A stretch of 62,773 bases of DNA, counting the filler, from Sphaeroforma arctica JP610 (lineage: Eukaryota), in NCBI RefSeq assembly GCF_001186125.1. It is 5 parts of 2 records of this genome, joined end to end, with 100 filler letters (N's around TTAATTAATTAA, not from the genome) between each part and the next. Parts side by side here need not be neighbours in the genome. Positions count along the whole stretch, not along the records: positions 1 to 16,249 come from NW_014040539.1; positions 16,350 to 27,860 come from NW_014040539.1; 3 more parts are not named here. One strand, given 5' to 3'. A program made the position numbers and the translations under genes. How positions within the stretch are numbered: position 1 is the first letter of the stretch; each line of letters opens with the position of its first letter. Of the stretch, positions 12,601 through 25,300 are shown piece after piece. The notes under the pieces are model-generated. The model did not search any database. It was not told the origin of the DNA and was given only the letters and a program-made list of their open reading frames with translations.

Positions 12601-14379
12601 GGTTGACCGATAGACGAACTAGAAAGGCACGGAAGATCTCGCAAAAGCAAAAAGGGCGACTTGCTTTTCTTCAAGAAGAGAGTCGGAAACAAATTATGAA
12701 GTATGAAAGAATGCCACAACTATGGTGCCTATCAAAGGTTGACCTCACAAACCATAAGATTAAGGTAGTCTGAGGATTAATTAACTATACGGTACCTATC
12801 ACCAACTAATATCAATAAGCCAAATAGTGTGGATCCGGACTCTCACTTTAAGGCAGATAACAATGTTGCAGTTCCAGCCGGGAAGTCCGTTTGATTAATA
12901 GGAACTAGTGTATTTAAAATATCTTTAGTTGAAGCAGAATCAAGCTCATTTGTAATGATTTCTAGCAAGATATCTACTTTTCAATCTTGGCTTTCCGATA
13001 TACCAACAACAAATTCATCTCTACACTGAAGGAGTTCCTGTAAAGCCTTTATATCCATATATGATAAGGGATTGAACTGCGTGCGTATATAGGCACCTTG
13101 CTTGTCTGTACATAGTCTTGCAATAACTCTAACTGTGATTGAGTGCCTCCAACATTTTTGACTGTTTAATCCAAGTGTTCCGACCATCGGCAAATCCAAT
13201 TAAACGATTCTCGATGCACAGCCCGTATATACACACATTTCAGGCGATTATGGCAAGGACTGGATGCCTCAGTAGCAGCAGCCGTCATCCCGACAGGGTA
13301 ACAAGAAAAGATTTTCCTCGACAGAAGGAACAACAGAATCTTTAACATGTTGCACAAGTTTCGCCGTTGGATGCCTGTATAGGTGTGATGAGCTGATGTC
13401 ATCAGCAGCGCCGCCATCAAGACAACCTTGTCGAAACCATGTACGCTTACGGCCGTCGGAAAAATTCAATGATTGTTTTTAAGCGTGCGTTCTGGATAAT
13501 AAAGCACGGTACTCTGACTCTGCTTCTTTCGTACACTGTGGTCTGAATAATACTTTTACACTCCCTGTGCGCCAACGTAGATCAATAACAAAATATCGCA
13601 CCCAAAGACGATATAGCCCATGTCATGAGCGATGATGTATTCAGCACTGCCCCCCGCCTACTATTTCTATTTCTTGTTGCGCAACTATATACGTAATACC
13701 CATATCTTTATATAGGAGCATTGATATCTAAGCACAACCTACACTATAAACACCTACAGTGCCCCTGCCACCTCGTAAAAATCCTTCATGAATATCTTTT
13801 CATCTTGTATAAATGAACACGCTGCAGATGCGTCTTACACGCATCTAATCTTGAAGTATTCGCTAACTTCTCTTGAACCTGATATCCATCGGAGACGGGC
13901 GTCACAATAGCTCGGCCACTATCGCGTGCCTGAATCTTTATTAGCAACGATGCACATTGCTATAAAAAGCTTAAATAACTGCCATCTTAGTCGATCTCAG
14001 ATGTATGTGTCTGTGCACATGTGGATGAGTAGATGCGTCTACTACCACAGCCTCACTGAACCTAGCCATAGATGTAATGACTAGCAACGGACCAGTCAGT
14101 GGTTCGAGTCCACTACACCCATATCGCCATACTCTCAAAGCTGTCACAGTTGACTATCATACGTACGTCTCAAGGCGTTGTTGTATGCTATTTGAGTTCA
14201 ACGGTTGTACCCAGGTGCGCATGTTTTGATAGTGTTCCAAATATAACCTACCTATTCAAAAGCTGCCTAAATTTGATGCCCAGGTAAAATTTAGAAATTG
14301 ATTGCTTTAGGTTAATATACCGTCGATTTGTCTGGATGTGAATGATATGGCTCTCAGTATGTGCGTACTTTGCATGTAT

Positions 14380-15300
14380 TATTTAGGGTATAGCAACAGA
14401 TTTACCAGTTGTGGTAAAAGCAATACCCATTGGAAGTTTGTTGAGGACGAAAAAGAGAGAGAGAGAGAGAGATACTGTAGCAGCTGTGACCCTTTGTAGC
14501 GGCCAGCAGTGAGGCCGGGCAACAGGTGTTGCGGGATTTAATGGGAATAATAAACACCCAGCAAAAGTCAGCTTTGGCTGAAAGACACATTGAAAAGTCA
14601 CGTACATCAACAGTGAGCGAATCCAGATACAATTTCGTGGCGATCAGACGAATTGCGACGAGGGATTCACCTGGCCTAAACAACGCAATTTAAATTGTTG
14701 CTCGAAATCCAAAGGAACATTATTGTAGTGAACATGGCTTGAGTGGTTAACTCCGTGTAACAGATGTAATAATATAGCCTTGCCGCTATCAACTTTGGGG
14801 GTAGTAGCCTACGACTCGATAGGTACGTTGTTTGCAATCGAGGCTCACAAAATAGCAGACTTAGGGGATGTCATAGTTGAGTACTCATTGTCCATAGCAA
14901 AGTGCAACCACTTCAGACTTTCAAAAATTGCATAAAAAAATGTGAACAACGATATATGTCTTGCTCTGGTGTAGGCCACATACCCCCAAAAGTTTGTTGG
15001 GAATTCATAGCGTCTTAGTTCAATAGTAAAAGGGATCGATGATAGAGAAAATTGCATGTGCGCACAAGTGCGTACGGATACATAAATGTCGAATTTGTGT
15101 ACATTCTTTGAAACACCGTCGCGATGATTTCTACACCCGCTTTTTGCAAGGAACGCAACCTCACCGTTCTACTTATTATTATGGTGATGGAACAACTCCT
15201 TCGTGAAATACTAGAAAGCAAAATTGGATACGACTTGGTGAGGCTCATGGCGTCAGACAAAGTCTACACGTCGAGAGACGTCAACAACGCTTGCATTTGA
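14380..15300 (-). mobile_element. Decayed Ty3/gypsy pol remnant (RNase H then integrase zinc finger and start of core)
   Basis: RPG...AIRLIATKLYLDSLTVDVRDFSMCLS resembles the gypsy integrase HPG...YW..L..DV..FV..C..C region. Upstream FSLSSIPFTIELRRY resembles the RNase H F.S.KL...ERRY motif. Domain order fits gypsy. Confidence 0.5.
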
Positions 15301-16065
15301 CAATCCCGGTTTGAGGTGGTGTAGCTCGGTGTGTGCACACTTGCGATAGTTTCAGGGTTAGGCAATTACACAACGGCTCGGGTGATTACGCCTTCATTAA
15401 TTATTATACATATGCCACAGAAAATGGGCTGGCGATAGTGATGTAATACGAAATAAAATGCCGCGTACCTGTCGAATTTAGCTTTATTTAAGACGATCAA
15501 CTCTTATTTATTTTAGTAATGATTGCTGCTTAAAGACTCGTATCTTAGCAGGGGTTATCAAATCGCTCATAGATAGAGAAACCTGAGAAATACACACAAG
15601 AAGCGGGGTTGTTGCGCAATTTGAAACCAGCGTGACAACTGTATATCCGATCATTGTATACAAACTATGAAATTGTGTGATATTTTATACGATTGATACT
15701 GAGATATTGAATATAAGCCTACACTTTCTAAGAAACACCGTCACAAGTGCACATGTGTAGCAAAAGGCCGTTGCTATCTGGGCAGGCCTCAGTAGACTAC
15801 TATACAAATTTTATCGCTAGTTCAAAAATCGATTAACTTTTGTCTATCCGCTATAATGATATTGTCTAACAAAATTTTGCCTGGTATAAATATCGAGTTG
15901 TTACACAGCAGTCAATGCCCTTCTTTTCGCGTATATGTACAATATATAGTTATATCGATTGAGATGATATATGCAACGAAGCTTGTGTGGTTGCAAATTG
16001 ATAGATCGTACGTCGAAAGGTTATGTCGATACTGTCCTCGTGCATGGTATCAGCACTATATTTGA

Positions 16066-16102
<37 letters not shown>

Positions 16103-16147
16103 TAAGTATATATATAAATACAAGAATATACATATATATTAATATAA

Positions 16148-16206
<59 letters not shown>

Positions 16207-16349
16207 ATATATAAATATATATTATATATTTATATATATATAAGATATANNNNNNNNNNNNNNNNNNNNNNNNNNNNNNNNNNNNNNNNNNNNTTAATTA
16301 ATTAANNNNNNNNNNNNNNNNNNNNNNNNNNNNNNNNNNNNNNNNNNNN

Positions 16350-19142
16350 TTAGTGTGTGCCAGATTGTATCTCTCCATAGATAGATGGGTTGTGTGGATA
16401 TCAATGGTATGTGTCCTTTTACGTCTCAGTGTGTGCCAGATTGTATCTCTCCATAGATAGATGGGTTGTGTGGATATCAATAGTATGTGTGCTTTTACGT
16501 CTCAGTGTGTGTATAGATAGATGGGTTGGTCTCTTCCCGTCTGCTTGTTGATATGGTGTATACATGTATGCATGCGTGTGTGTGTGACGTGTGCTTTGCC
16601 TGATTCCTGGACAGAATAGTCCGGAGAGGACTATACACCTTGCACACATGTGTTCGTCTGTGTGTAGGCGAAACCTCTTATAGCTGTTTATGCCTTGTTG
16701 TACCTTTGGATACACTCGTGTGTCTGTATACTGCATGTTCATCTGTCTTGTCCCGCTACCTAGATGCTACACGGCACATTTGATTGTAGTATAGTGGTGT
16801 GTAGTATAGTGTGTGCGTATATCTACTCGGACACCTGTGTCCTTGAGTGGCTGCCTTGGAATGTTGGTTAGTGGTTGCTTTTAGAGTGTTTGTTGTTGAT
16901 TTCTTTGAGAGTGTTGGTCAAGTGATTGCTTAAGAGTGTATTCGATAGCGATTGTGTGGAGTGTGCATTACTGCGTAGTTTGAGTATGTTCATTTCTGAT
17001 TGGATGCGCACCGACCCCAAAATTAGCAATATATGATATGCGCTGAAGGATTGCTTCTAATCTCATACTTTTCGTCTGATACTGTTCTTTTAGTCTGATA
17101 CTTCTTGTCTGATACTGTTCTTTTAATCTGATACTTCTTGTCTGATACTGTTCTTTTAATCTGATACTTCTTGTCTGATACTGTTCTTTTAATCTGATTC
17201 TTCTGTCTGGGGGGGGGGGGGAGGGTAGCCAGTTGTGGGGAGTGTTCGTACATATACAGCACACATGTATATCTATTTGAGCGAAGACACGTGTTTGTTC
17301 AGTCTTGTAGCCATATTTGGACGGTGTACTTCCTTATTGCACGTGATAGGACTATATGTTTTATCGTTGATATGTGTGAACAGACTGACATAGCGCCAGT
17401 ACTGATTCTTAATGTGATCTGATTCTCATACCATGTTCTCTATTACATCTCATAGGAGAATAAGCAACTGAACGTTTTCTCGGACCGTCGGGAACCAAAG
17501 CCTATCAAGTGCTACAACATGCGAGAAATCCGAGAAGTGATATTCAAGCCATTTGCAGAGTATGTGATCGCATATTCTATCTTTCTGTATCTAGTACATA
17601 GATTATGTAAATCAACCAGACATGGGCTATATATATCGATATAGATGTCTACCCCTATATAGCTATACCACCTATATAGACCCAGGGTAACTATGCCTAC
17701 ACCCCCCTAAGGCCGTGGGGCCACCACCCATCTATCTACCCATAGTCTATCCTTGCACTCACCCCTGCACAAATGCAGTATGTGTTCATCCGCTTGCTCT
17801 GATATATATATCAGCCAGTTGCAGCGTGTGTGATCGTTTACTCGTGCCATATAGCCGTGCCAAGCTATGCGTGTGAGTTCAGTTGAACATTCGTTTCATT
17901 TCATTGCGATAGTTTAGTTGTGGTCTGGGTTGTTGTGGGTTTTGGCTTTTGCCTTGGGGGTGGTTTGTGGGACGATATAGGGATTGAGTCATGACCGCAC
18001 TCCAATTGAGCGAACAGTTCTGTGTGTGTCTGTATTACAAGAGTGTCTGTGTGTGTCTGTATAACAGGAGTGTCTGCATGTGTCTGTATAACAGGAGTGT
18101 CTGCGTGCATCTGCATAGCCGGAGTGTCTGTATGTATCTGTATAACAGGAGTGTCTGTGTGTATCTGGATAGAAGGAGTGTGTCTTGGCAGGGGGTCGAG
18201 TAGAGTGTTCACAGCTCACTAGTTACAGTGACATAAAACACTCAGTGCATTCTGCTTACCAGTTGGTGCGGTGCCTTATTGTTCAAGTCAAATCAGCAAC
18301 GTCCTTAGTATATCCATCTGTCCACACCCACACTCACCTATAACTCACAGTGGAAGAATCTGAGTAATTTTACAATCACGACTTAATCAGCAACGTCCTG
18401 AGTATATCCATCTGTCCACACCCACACTCACCTGTAACTCACAGTGGAAGAATCTGAGTAATCTTACTATCACGACTTAATCCGCTACGTCCTTATTATA
18501 TCCATCTGTTTACACCCACACTCACCTATACTCACAGTGGAAGTATCTGAGTAATTTTACTATCACGAATTTTGATTAAGTCCTCCCTGTGTGTTAAAAA
18601 CTATCGTTGCACCCAAGGACTTAGCTACTTTATCACTAGTTAAATACTTTATCGATGCTTAGCTACTTTATCATTAGTTAAATAATTTATCGATGCTTCG
18701 CTACTTTATCGCTAGTTGAACGATTTATCGATGCTTAGCTACTTTATCACTAGTTAAATAGTTTATCGATGCTTAGCTACCTATCACTAGTTAAATAATT
18801 TATCTATATCACATCCCTGAAAGCATATCCATGTCTGGCCGGGTGTGCCCCATCGCATCTTCCCTTTACCCATTGCGTCACCCTCCCTAACGCGAGTGGT
18901 TACCAACCCTACAATCTGCAAATGTGCCCGTTACACGCCTGTCTCTATTACAATATCTTAAACCGTTGTTTGCCTACCGTTTCTATCACAATGTCTTAGC
19001 CCGTTGTTTGCCTACCGTTTCTATTACAATGTCTTAAACAGCTGTTTGCCTACCGTTTCTATCACAATGTCTTAACTAAACCGCTGTTTGCCTACCGTTC
19101 CTATTACAATGTCTTATTTAAACCGTCGTTTGACTACCGTCT
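16350..19142. repeat. Cluster of distinct minisatellites in and upstream of the PH-gene intron
   Basis: Approximate units: 76 bp (16350-16530), 33 bp (17070-17200), 27 bp (18025-18180), 94 bp (18290-18570), 38 bp (18620-18805), 38-41 bp (18945-19142). Confidence 0.85.
17456..17559 (+). CDS. Internal exon of PH-domain protein (ENKQLNVFSDRREPKPIKCYNMREIREVIFKPFA)
   Basis: ctcatag acceptor, GTATGT donor. The phase-2 end joins 19155 in frame (GA|C = Asp). Upstream exons not resolved. Confidence 0.75.
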
Positions 19143-19154
19143 CCGCCACAACAG

Positions 19155-19356
19155 CCCGTACGGGATAGTTCTGGTGTTCAATGGGCCCCACCGCAAAGAA
19201 AAGTTATCGCTACGATTCAAGGACGAGAAAGAGTGCAGAAAATGGTTCGATGACCTGGACAACGTGCGCGTGGCTCTCCGCAACTGGGATATTGCGAAGG
19301 GTGTGGGTGTTGTTATTGCGGGGGCTTTGTTAGGTGCCGCCGCACGCCGACGTTAG
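19155..19356 (+). CDS. Terminal exon: end of PH domain plus C-terminal hydrophobic tail anchor
   Basis: PYGIVLVFNGPHRKEKLSLRFKDEKECRKWFDDL matches PH beta6-beta7 plus the helix with conserved Trp. It continues GVGVVIAGALLGAAARRR-stop; acceptor is caacag. Confidence 0.8.
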
Positions 19357-20004
19357 GTGGTGGTGTATATTGGGTTTAGGGTTTAGGACCTTGATGTACT
19401 TATGCATGATGCCTTGGTTGGGTGAGACACGAGAATGGTGTTCATCTGATTCGGTGACGTGTGTGCATATGAATAAACGCATTCAATGCAAGTGTGATAT
19501 AGCGAAGGGCGTCGCATGGTGGACTAAGTGAGAACTAAGTCTAAGTGCGGATTAGTGGTAGGACAGGTAGATGTATATCTACGATGGATACGAGCTTTGG
19601 TCAAATACGTATACTTGTTTACACTCCAGAAAGGTCTTCATCTGACCCGAGCATTAGTCAAATACGTATACTTGGGTCACACACCAGAAAGGTGCTTATT
19701 TGATCCTGGGACATGCGCATGAAAACAAACGTGTAACGCAATTGGGATATAGCACAGAGCGTAGGTATTATCGCGACGGCGTTAAAACGTATTCATATAG
19801 GTACGTTATTCAAATACGTACACCTAGTTATATACCGGAAAGATCTTCACCCCATCTCGGACCAAGCATATAGTGAATTAAAAACCATATAATACCTTGT
19901 AATACCTTGCTGATGCGAACTTCAGTATATGTTTTTTCCCGCTATTGGGATGAGCACTCGAGGCGCGGGCTCTAAACGCGAGTTTCTCGAGGTTTTAACA
20001 GAGG

Positions 20005-20232
20005 AGTGTGCCTATTATATATTATATACTTGGTAACTATAAACACAAAGGTAATCAGGGTTAGTGTGTCTATTATATATTATATACTTAGTAACTATGA
20101 ACAAAAAGGTAATCAATGTTAGTGTGTCTATTATATTTTATATACTTAGTAACTATAAACGCAAAGGCAATCAGGATTAGTGTCTATTATATATTATATA
20201 CAGTAACTATGAACAAAAAGGCAATCAGGGCT
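20005..20232. repeat. ~58-bp minisatellite, 4 copies
   Basis: CTATTATAT.TTATATAC..GTAACTAT.AAC at about 20012, 20070, 20128 and 20184. Confidence 0.85.
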
Positions 20233-22257
20233 ACGTTCATAAAGGGATATCGATTTTAAAAAGGGCCTCACCAGCAAGCCTACTCAATACACGCGCACTG
20301 TCGCTACGTAAAGAATTGTACTGAGACGAACAAGCATCGCATATCACTTGTACAAATGTAGGTGACTGCGCCTATGTACTTGCCCATGCCACGATGAACA
20401 CGTGGGACAGGCAGGCCTGGTAGGCCAAGTACAATACGATATTTACGAATGGTTTGCACAGACATAACACAATATACATATATATTTGATGCATATATGA
20501 TATATCATATTTATGATATATGACATATACACAATATATATATATGTGATGTATCTGGCTATTGGGTAGAGAACGATTTCACGCACGTAGTCTAACGTAT
20601 TGTTCGCCGGGTAAAACAAGTCGCCTCTACTAAGCCAACCAATCTGGATCGAAGATTGCTATGTAGTGCTAAAGCGTTTAGTTTAAGAGTGGGCTCGGAA
20701 GGGTTGTGGCCCAACAGGAGCCGTTGCGGTAGTAGCGCGTGCTTCGCCAAGCACATCAAGTTTCAGGGTTTTAGGGTTTTAGATAGAGTTGACCAATGTC
20801 GGGTGGGGTGCAGTACTCTGTTCCAAACCGTTGGAAGCAGCCAACCAAATCCTTAGGTGCAATAGGTGAAATGCACAGGCAGACATATTGGGGCTCTCAT
20901 GCAAGGCATCTGGGTCACTGATATTCGCTCATGTATTGAACATCATATGTATACGCCTGTGGTCTTTATACTTCCTAGTAAGGATGTGCATGGACGTTGT
21001 GTGTGATAGTACAATCTTTGATCCTGTCGTGGAAATATGTAACGCGTTTGTATGGTTGTATATTTGTATATTTGTAAAACCATGGTACGTATAGAATTCA
21101 TATATGTAAAAGCAAGGTACGTATAGAATTCATATGTAACGATCGGTTAAAATATTCCCACCCATAAGTGCGTGATCTCCCAGTCCTGCTCATTCTGGAT
21201 ATTTGATTCGTAGAATACAGTCACAATCCAGATTGCCCTTCACAGAGTTCCTATCTACTTGCTCACTTTATTTCTCGTCGCTCATCTCTCACGTTTGCTC
21301 ACAGCCGCACGGGTCGCCCAATCATTCGGATGTACATACTTGCAGGTGCTTCGAATCTTACTTCTACCTTACGCTAAAACTGAAATATACTACATTAATA
21401 GTAAACAGCTGTATGTTGCTACTTATACGTTCTTCTCGCTAGGCCCGACCACTGTAACTATACCCCCTCACAGCAAGTGTCATACCGTTACATATCGGCG
21501 AATGAATTCTGTGTGTCGGCTTACAGCCCGCATGCGTTGGTCTCGAACCGCATATAAATGCCACCTAAGTCTTATATATATATATACATATACATATATA
21601 TATATATATATATTTATACATATACATATACATATACATATATATGTATAAGCATAAGGCTACTTTTCCTAGACACACAAAAAAATTATCGAACCTATAT
21701 GCTGCTGCTATATATCATCCAGCAAAATTTCTCGCATTGTCGGCCTACAGTAGGCGACTACAAGGCGCCATCAGACCCGACGGGATACAGTGACTGATGT
21801 ACCAGGTCAACATTGGCCTGTACATGTATGGAGTGGTTAAAACCAGTGGATTAGTACACGAGGGAAGAAGTTCCGCAGTATACGCCTACAAAGATCAGAA
21901 TCAATGCGTATCAAGCCCACGTACAACACTTCCACAGTATATGTATTGTATTGAACGGTCACAACCATTGGGGTACGGCAAGCACGTGCATTTGCAGAAG
22001 GTGCAGTATAGTTATAGCTTATCTCTCAGAACACGAGAACAGGAGACAATCGTCCTGTCAGTTGGGAGGCGGTGCAGATGAGCATGACGGTCGCAAGGAA
22101 TAGGATACGGTAGCAGGTGCTTTAAGCGTTAAGCTTTGTTGTGAGGTGTATATGAATATGAAAGAGGTGGTGTGTGTATGTATGTGTGGGTATGTGTGTG
22201 TGTGTGTGGGGGGGGGGGGGTGATATACGGAAGAAGGTGATAGTTTGACTCACTGAC

Positions 22258-22310
22258 CTGTTTAAGCCGCAAGTTCTCACCACTCATCAGCCTCGTAAGG
22301 CTCGGAGCTT
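22258..22310 (-). CDS. Exon [18 protein letters not shown]
   Basis: tgcag / GTCAGT, 53 nt, phase 1-0. Confidence 0.7.
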
Positions 22311-25300
22311 CTGCATTATGTTATTGAGAAGATGTTATAGCAATGATAACGGTAAATACGTTTTCGATCTGTATCTTACTATTGTATACTAGAAATCCCA
22401 ATTCGTTTACAATTATGCTCTGAGTGCTAGAACGACAGCGCTTCGGATCAAGGTGTATACATAGACATAGCTTGCTCCTATCCTGGTATCAATTGGGTAC
22501 TAATAGTATAGATAAAAGGCTTATTAATTTCTGATTAAGGTGTATACATGGATATAGCTTGCTCCTATCCTGGCATCAATCAAGTACGATATAGTATAGA
22601 TAAAAGGCTTATTAATTTCTGATCTAGGTGTATACATCGACATAGCTTGCTCCTATCCTGGCATCAATTGGGTACTAATAATATAGATAAATGGCTTATT
22701 AATTCCTGATTAAGGTGTATACATAGACATAGCTTGCTCCTATTCTGGCATCAACCGATTACTTTATAGTATAGATAAAAGGCTTATTAATTTCTGATCA
22801 AGGTGTATACATAGACAGCTTGCTCCTATTCTGGCATCAACCGATTACTTTATAGTATAGATAAAAGGCTTATTAATTTCTGATCAAGGTGTATACATCG
22901 ACATAGCTTGCTCCTATCCTGGCATCAATTGGGTACTAATAGTATAGATAAATGGCTCATTAATTTCTGATTAAGGTGTATACATAGACATAGCTTGCTC
23001 CTATCCTGGCATCAACCGATTACTTTGTAGTATAGATAAAAGGCTTATTAATTTCTGACTAAGGTGTATACATGGATATAGCTTGCTGCTATCCTGGCAT
23101 CAATTGAGAAGTACGTAAAGAATAGATAAAAGGCTTATCAATTACTGATCAAAGTGTATACATGGATATAGCTTGCTCCTATCCTGGCATCAACCGATTA
23201 CTTTATAGTATAGATAAAAGGCTTATTAATTTCTGATCAAGGTGTATACATGGATATAGCTTGCTCCTATCCTGGCATCAATCAAGTACGATATAGTATA
23301 GATAAAAGGCTTATTAATTTCTGATCTAGGTGTATACATAGACATAGCTTGCTCCTATTCTGGCATCAACCGATTACTTTATAATATAGATAAAAGGCTT
23401 ATTAATTTCTGATCAAGGTGTATACATCGACATAGCTTGCTCCTATCCTGGCATAATTTGGGTACTAATAGTATAGATAAAAGGCTTATTAATTTCTGAT
23501 CAAGGTGTATACATAGACATAGCTTGCTCCTATCCTGGCATAATTTGGGTACTAATAGTATAGATAAAAGGCTTATTAATTTCTGATCAAGGTGTATACA
23601 TCGACATAGCTTGCTCCTATCCTGGCATAATTTGGGTACTAATAGTATAGATAAAAGGCTTATTAATTTCTGACTAAGGTGTATACATCGACATAGCTTG
23701 CTCCTATCCTGGCATCAATTGGGTAATAATAGTATAGATAAATGGCTCATTAATTTTTGATCAAGGTGTATACATATACATAGCTTGCTCCTATCCTGGC
23801 ATCAATCGATTACTATATAGTATAGATAAAAGGTTTATTAATTTCTGATCAAGGTGTATACATAGACATAGCTTGCTCCCATCCTGGCATCAATTGAGTA
23901 GTACGTCTTGCTCCCATCCTGGCATCAATTGAGTAGTACGTATAGTATAGATAGAAGGCTTATCAATTTCCGATCAAGGTGTATACATAGACATAGCTTG
24001 CTCCTATTCTGGCATCAATTGAGTACTATATAGTATAGATAAATGGCTTATTAATTTCTGATCAAAGTGTATACATAGACATAGCTTGCTCCTATTCTGG
24101 CATCAATTGAGTACTATATAGTATAGATAAACGGCTTATTAATTTCTGATTAAGGTGCATACATAGACATAGCTTGCTCCTATCCTGGCATCAATTGAGT
24201 ACTATATAGTATAGAAAAAAATGGTTGTTAATTTCTGATCAAGGTGTATACAAAGACATAGCTTGCTCCTATCCTGACATCAATTGAGTTGTACGTATAG
24301 TATATATAAAAGGTTTATTAATGTGACTTCCCCTTTATCCGGCATTAACCAGTAAGACATAGGCATGGGAAGTATGAATGAGAAGGCATCAATTGAGTAC
24401 TATATAGTATAGATAAAAGGCTTATTAATTTCCGATCAAGGTGTATATGTATAGACATAGCTTGCTCCTATCCTGGCATAAAGTGAGTACTAAATAGTAT
24501 AGATAAAAGGCTTATTAATTTCCGATCAAGGTGTATATATATAGACATAGCTTGCTCCTATCCTGGCATAAATTGAGTACTAAATAGTATAGATAAAAGG
24601 CTTATTAATTTCCGATCAAGGTGTATATATAGACATAGCTTGCTTCTATCCTGGTATCAATTGAGTAGTACGTACAGTATAGATAAACGGCTTATTAATT
24701 TCTGATCAAGGTGTATTCATAGACATAGCTTGTTCCTATCCTGGTATCAATTGAGTAGTACGTATAGTATGTATAAAAGGCTTATTAATGTTACTTCCCT
24801 TTATCTAAAATCCGCCAGCAAGACATAGACATGGGATGTATGGATGAGATTGATAGATTCCTATACACTATACTTCATGTGATGGCTATGTACATAGAAA
24901 CAAACACTTACTGTGGCGAATCAGAGCAACTTAGGCGGCATTCAATGCATTAGATACACAAGATAGGGATTTGCACGCACATTATGGCATGTATATAGTA
25001 GTATCCCAATGTATTAAACCATATTTGTATGTGGGTATGTACCGCACACATGCACAATAAAGAAAGGTTAAAGGTATCTTTTCACTTGCAATTGAGTGCG
25101 AAATAGACCATCAAAGTACATTGCCACACACACCCCTACCCAAACAGTTAAGAACACTGGGAAATGCCTCAAGAAAGCCTCTGTCTGGCTCAGTACAAGC
25201 AACCCCTCATTGCACAAATGACAGTATCATACACACACACATACATACATACACTCATACATAAATATATACAAACATACATACACTCATACATACATAA

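Noticed and set aside
13240..13300. RLWQGLDASVAAAVIPT resembling a mitochondrial-carrier segment
   Set aside because: Too short, surrounded by stops, no supporting exons.
19279..19784. Diversity-generating retroelement (TR/VR pair) interpretation of the C-terminal echo
   Set aside because: Differences are not confined to adenines, there are indels, and no intact reverse transcriptase is nearby.
22447..24850. CRISPR array interpretation of the 87-bp satellite
   Set aside because: The constant part is too long, the variable slot is only 11-14 nt and recurs, there are no cas genes, and it lies in a eukaryotic intron.
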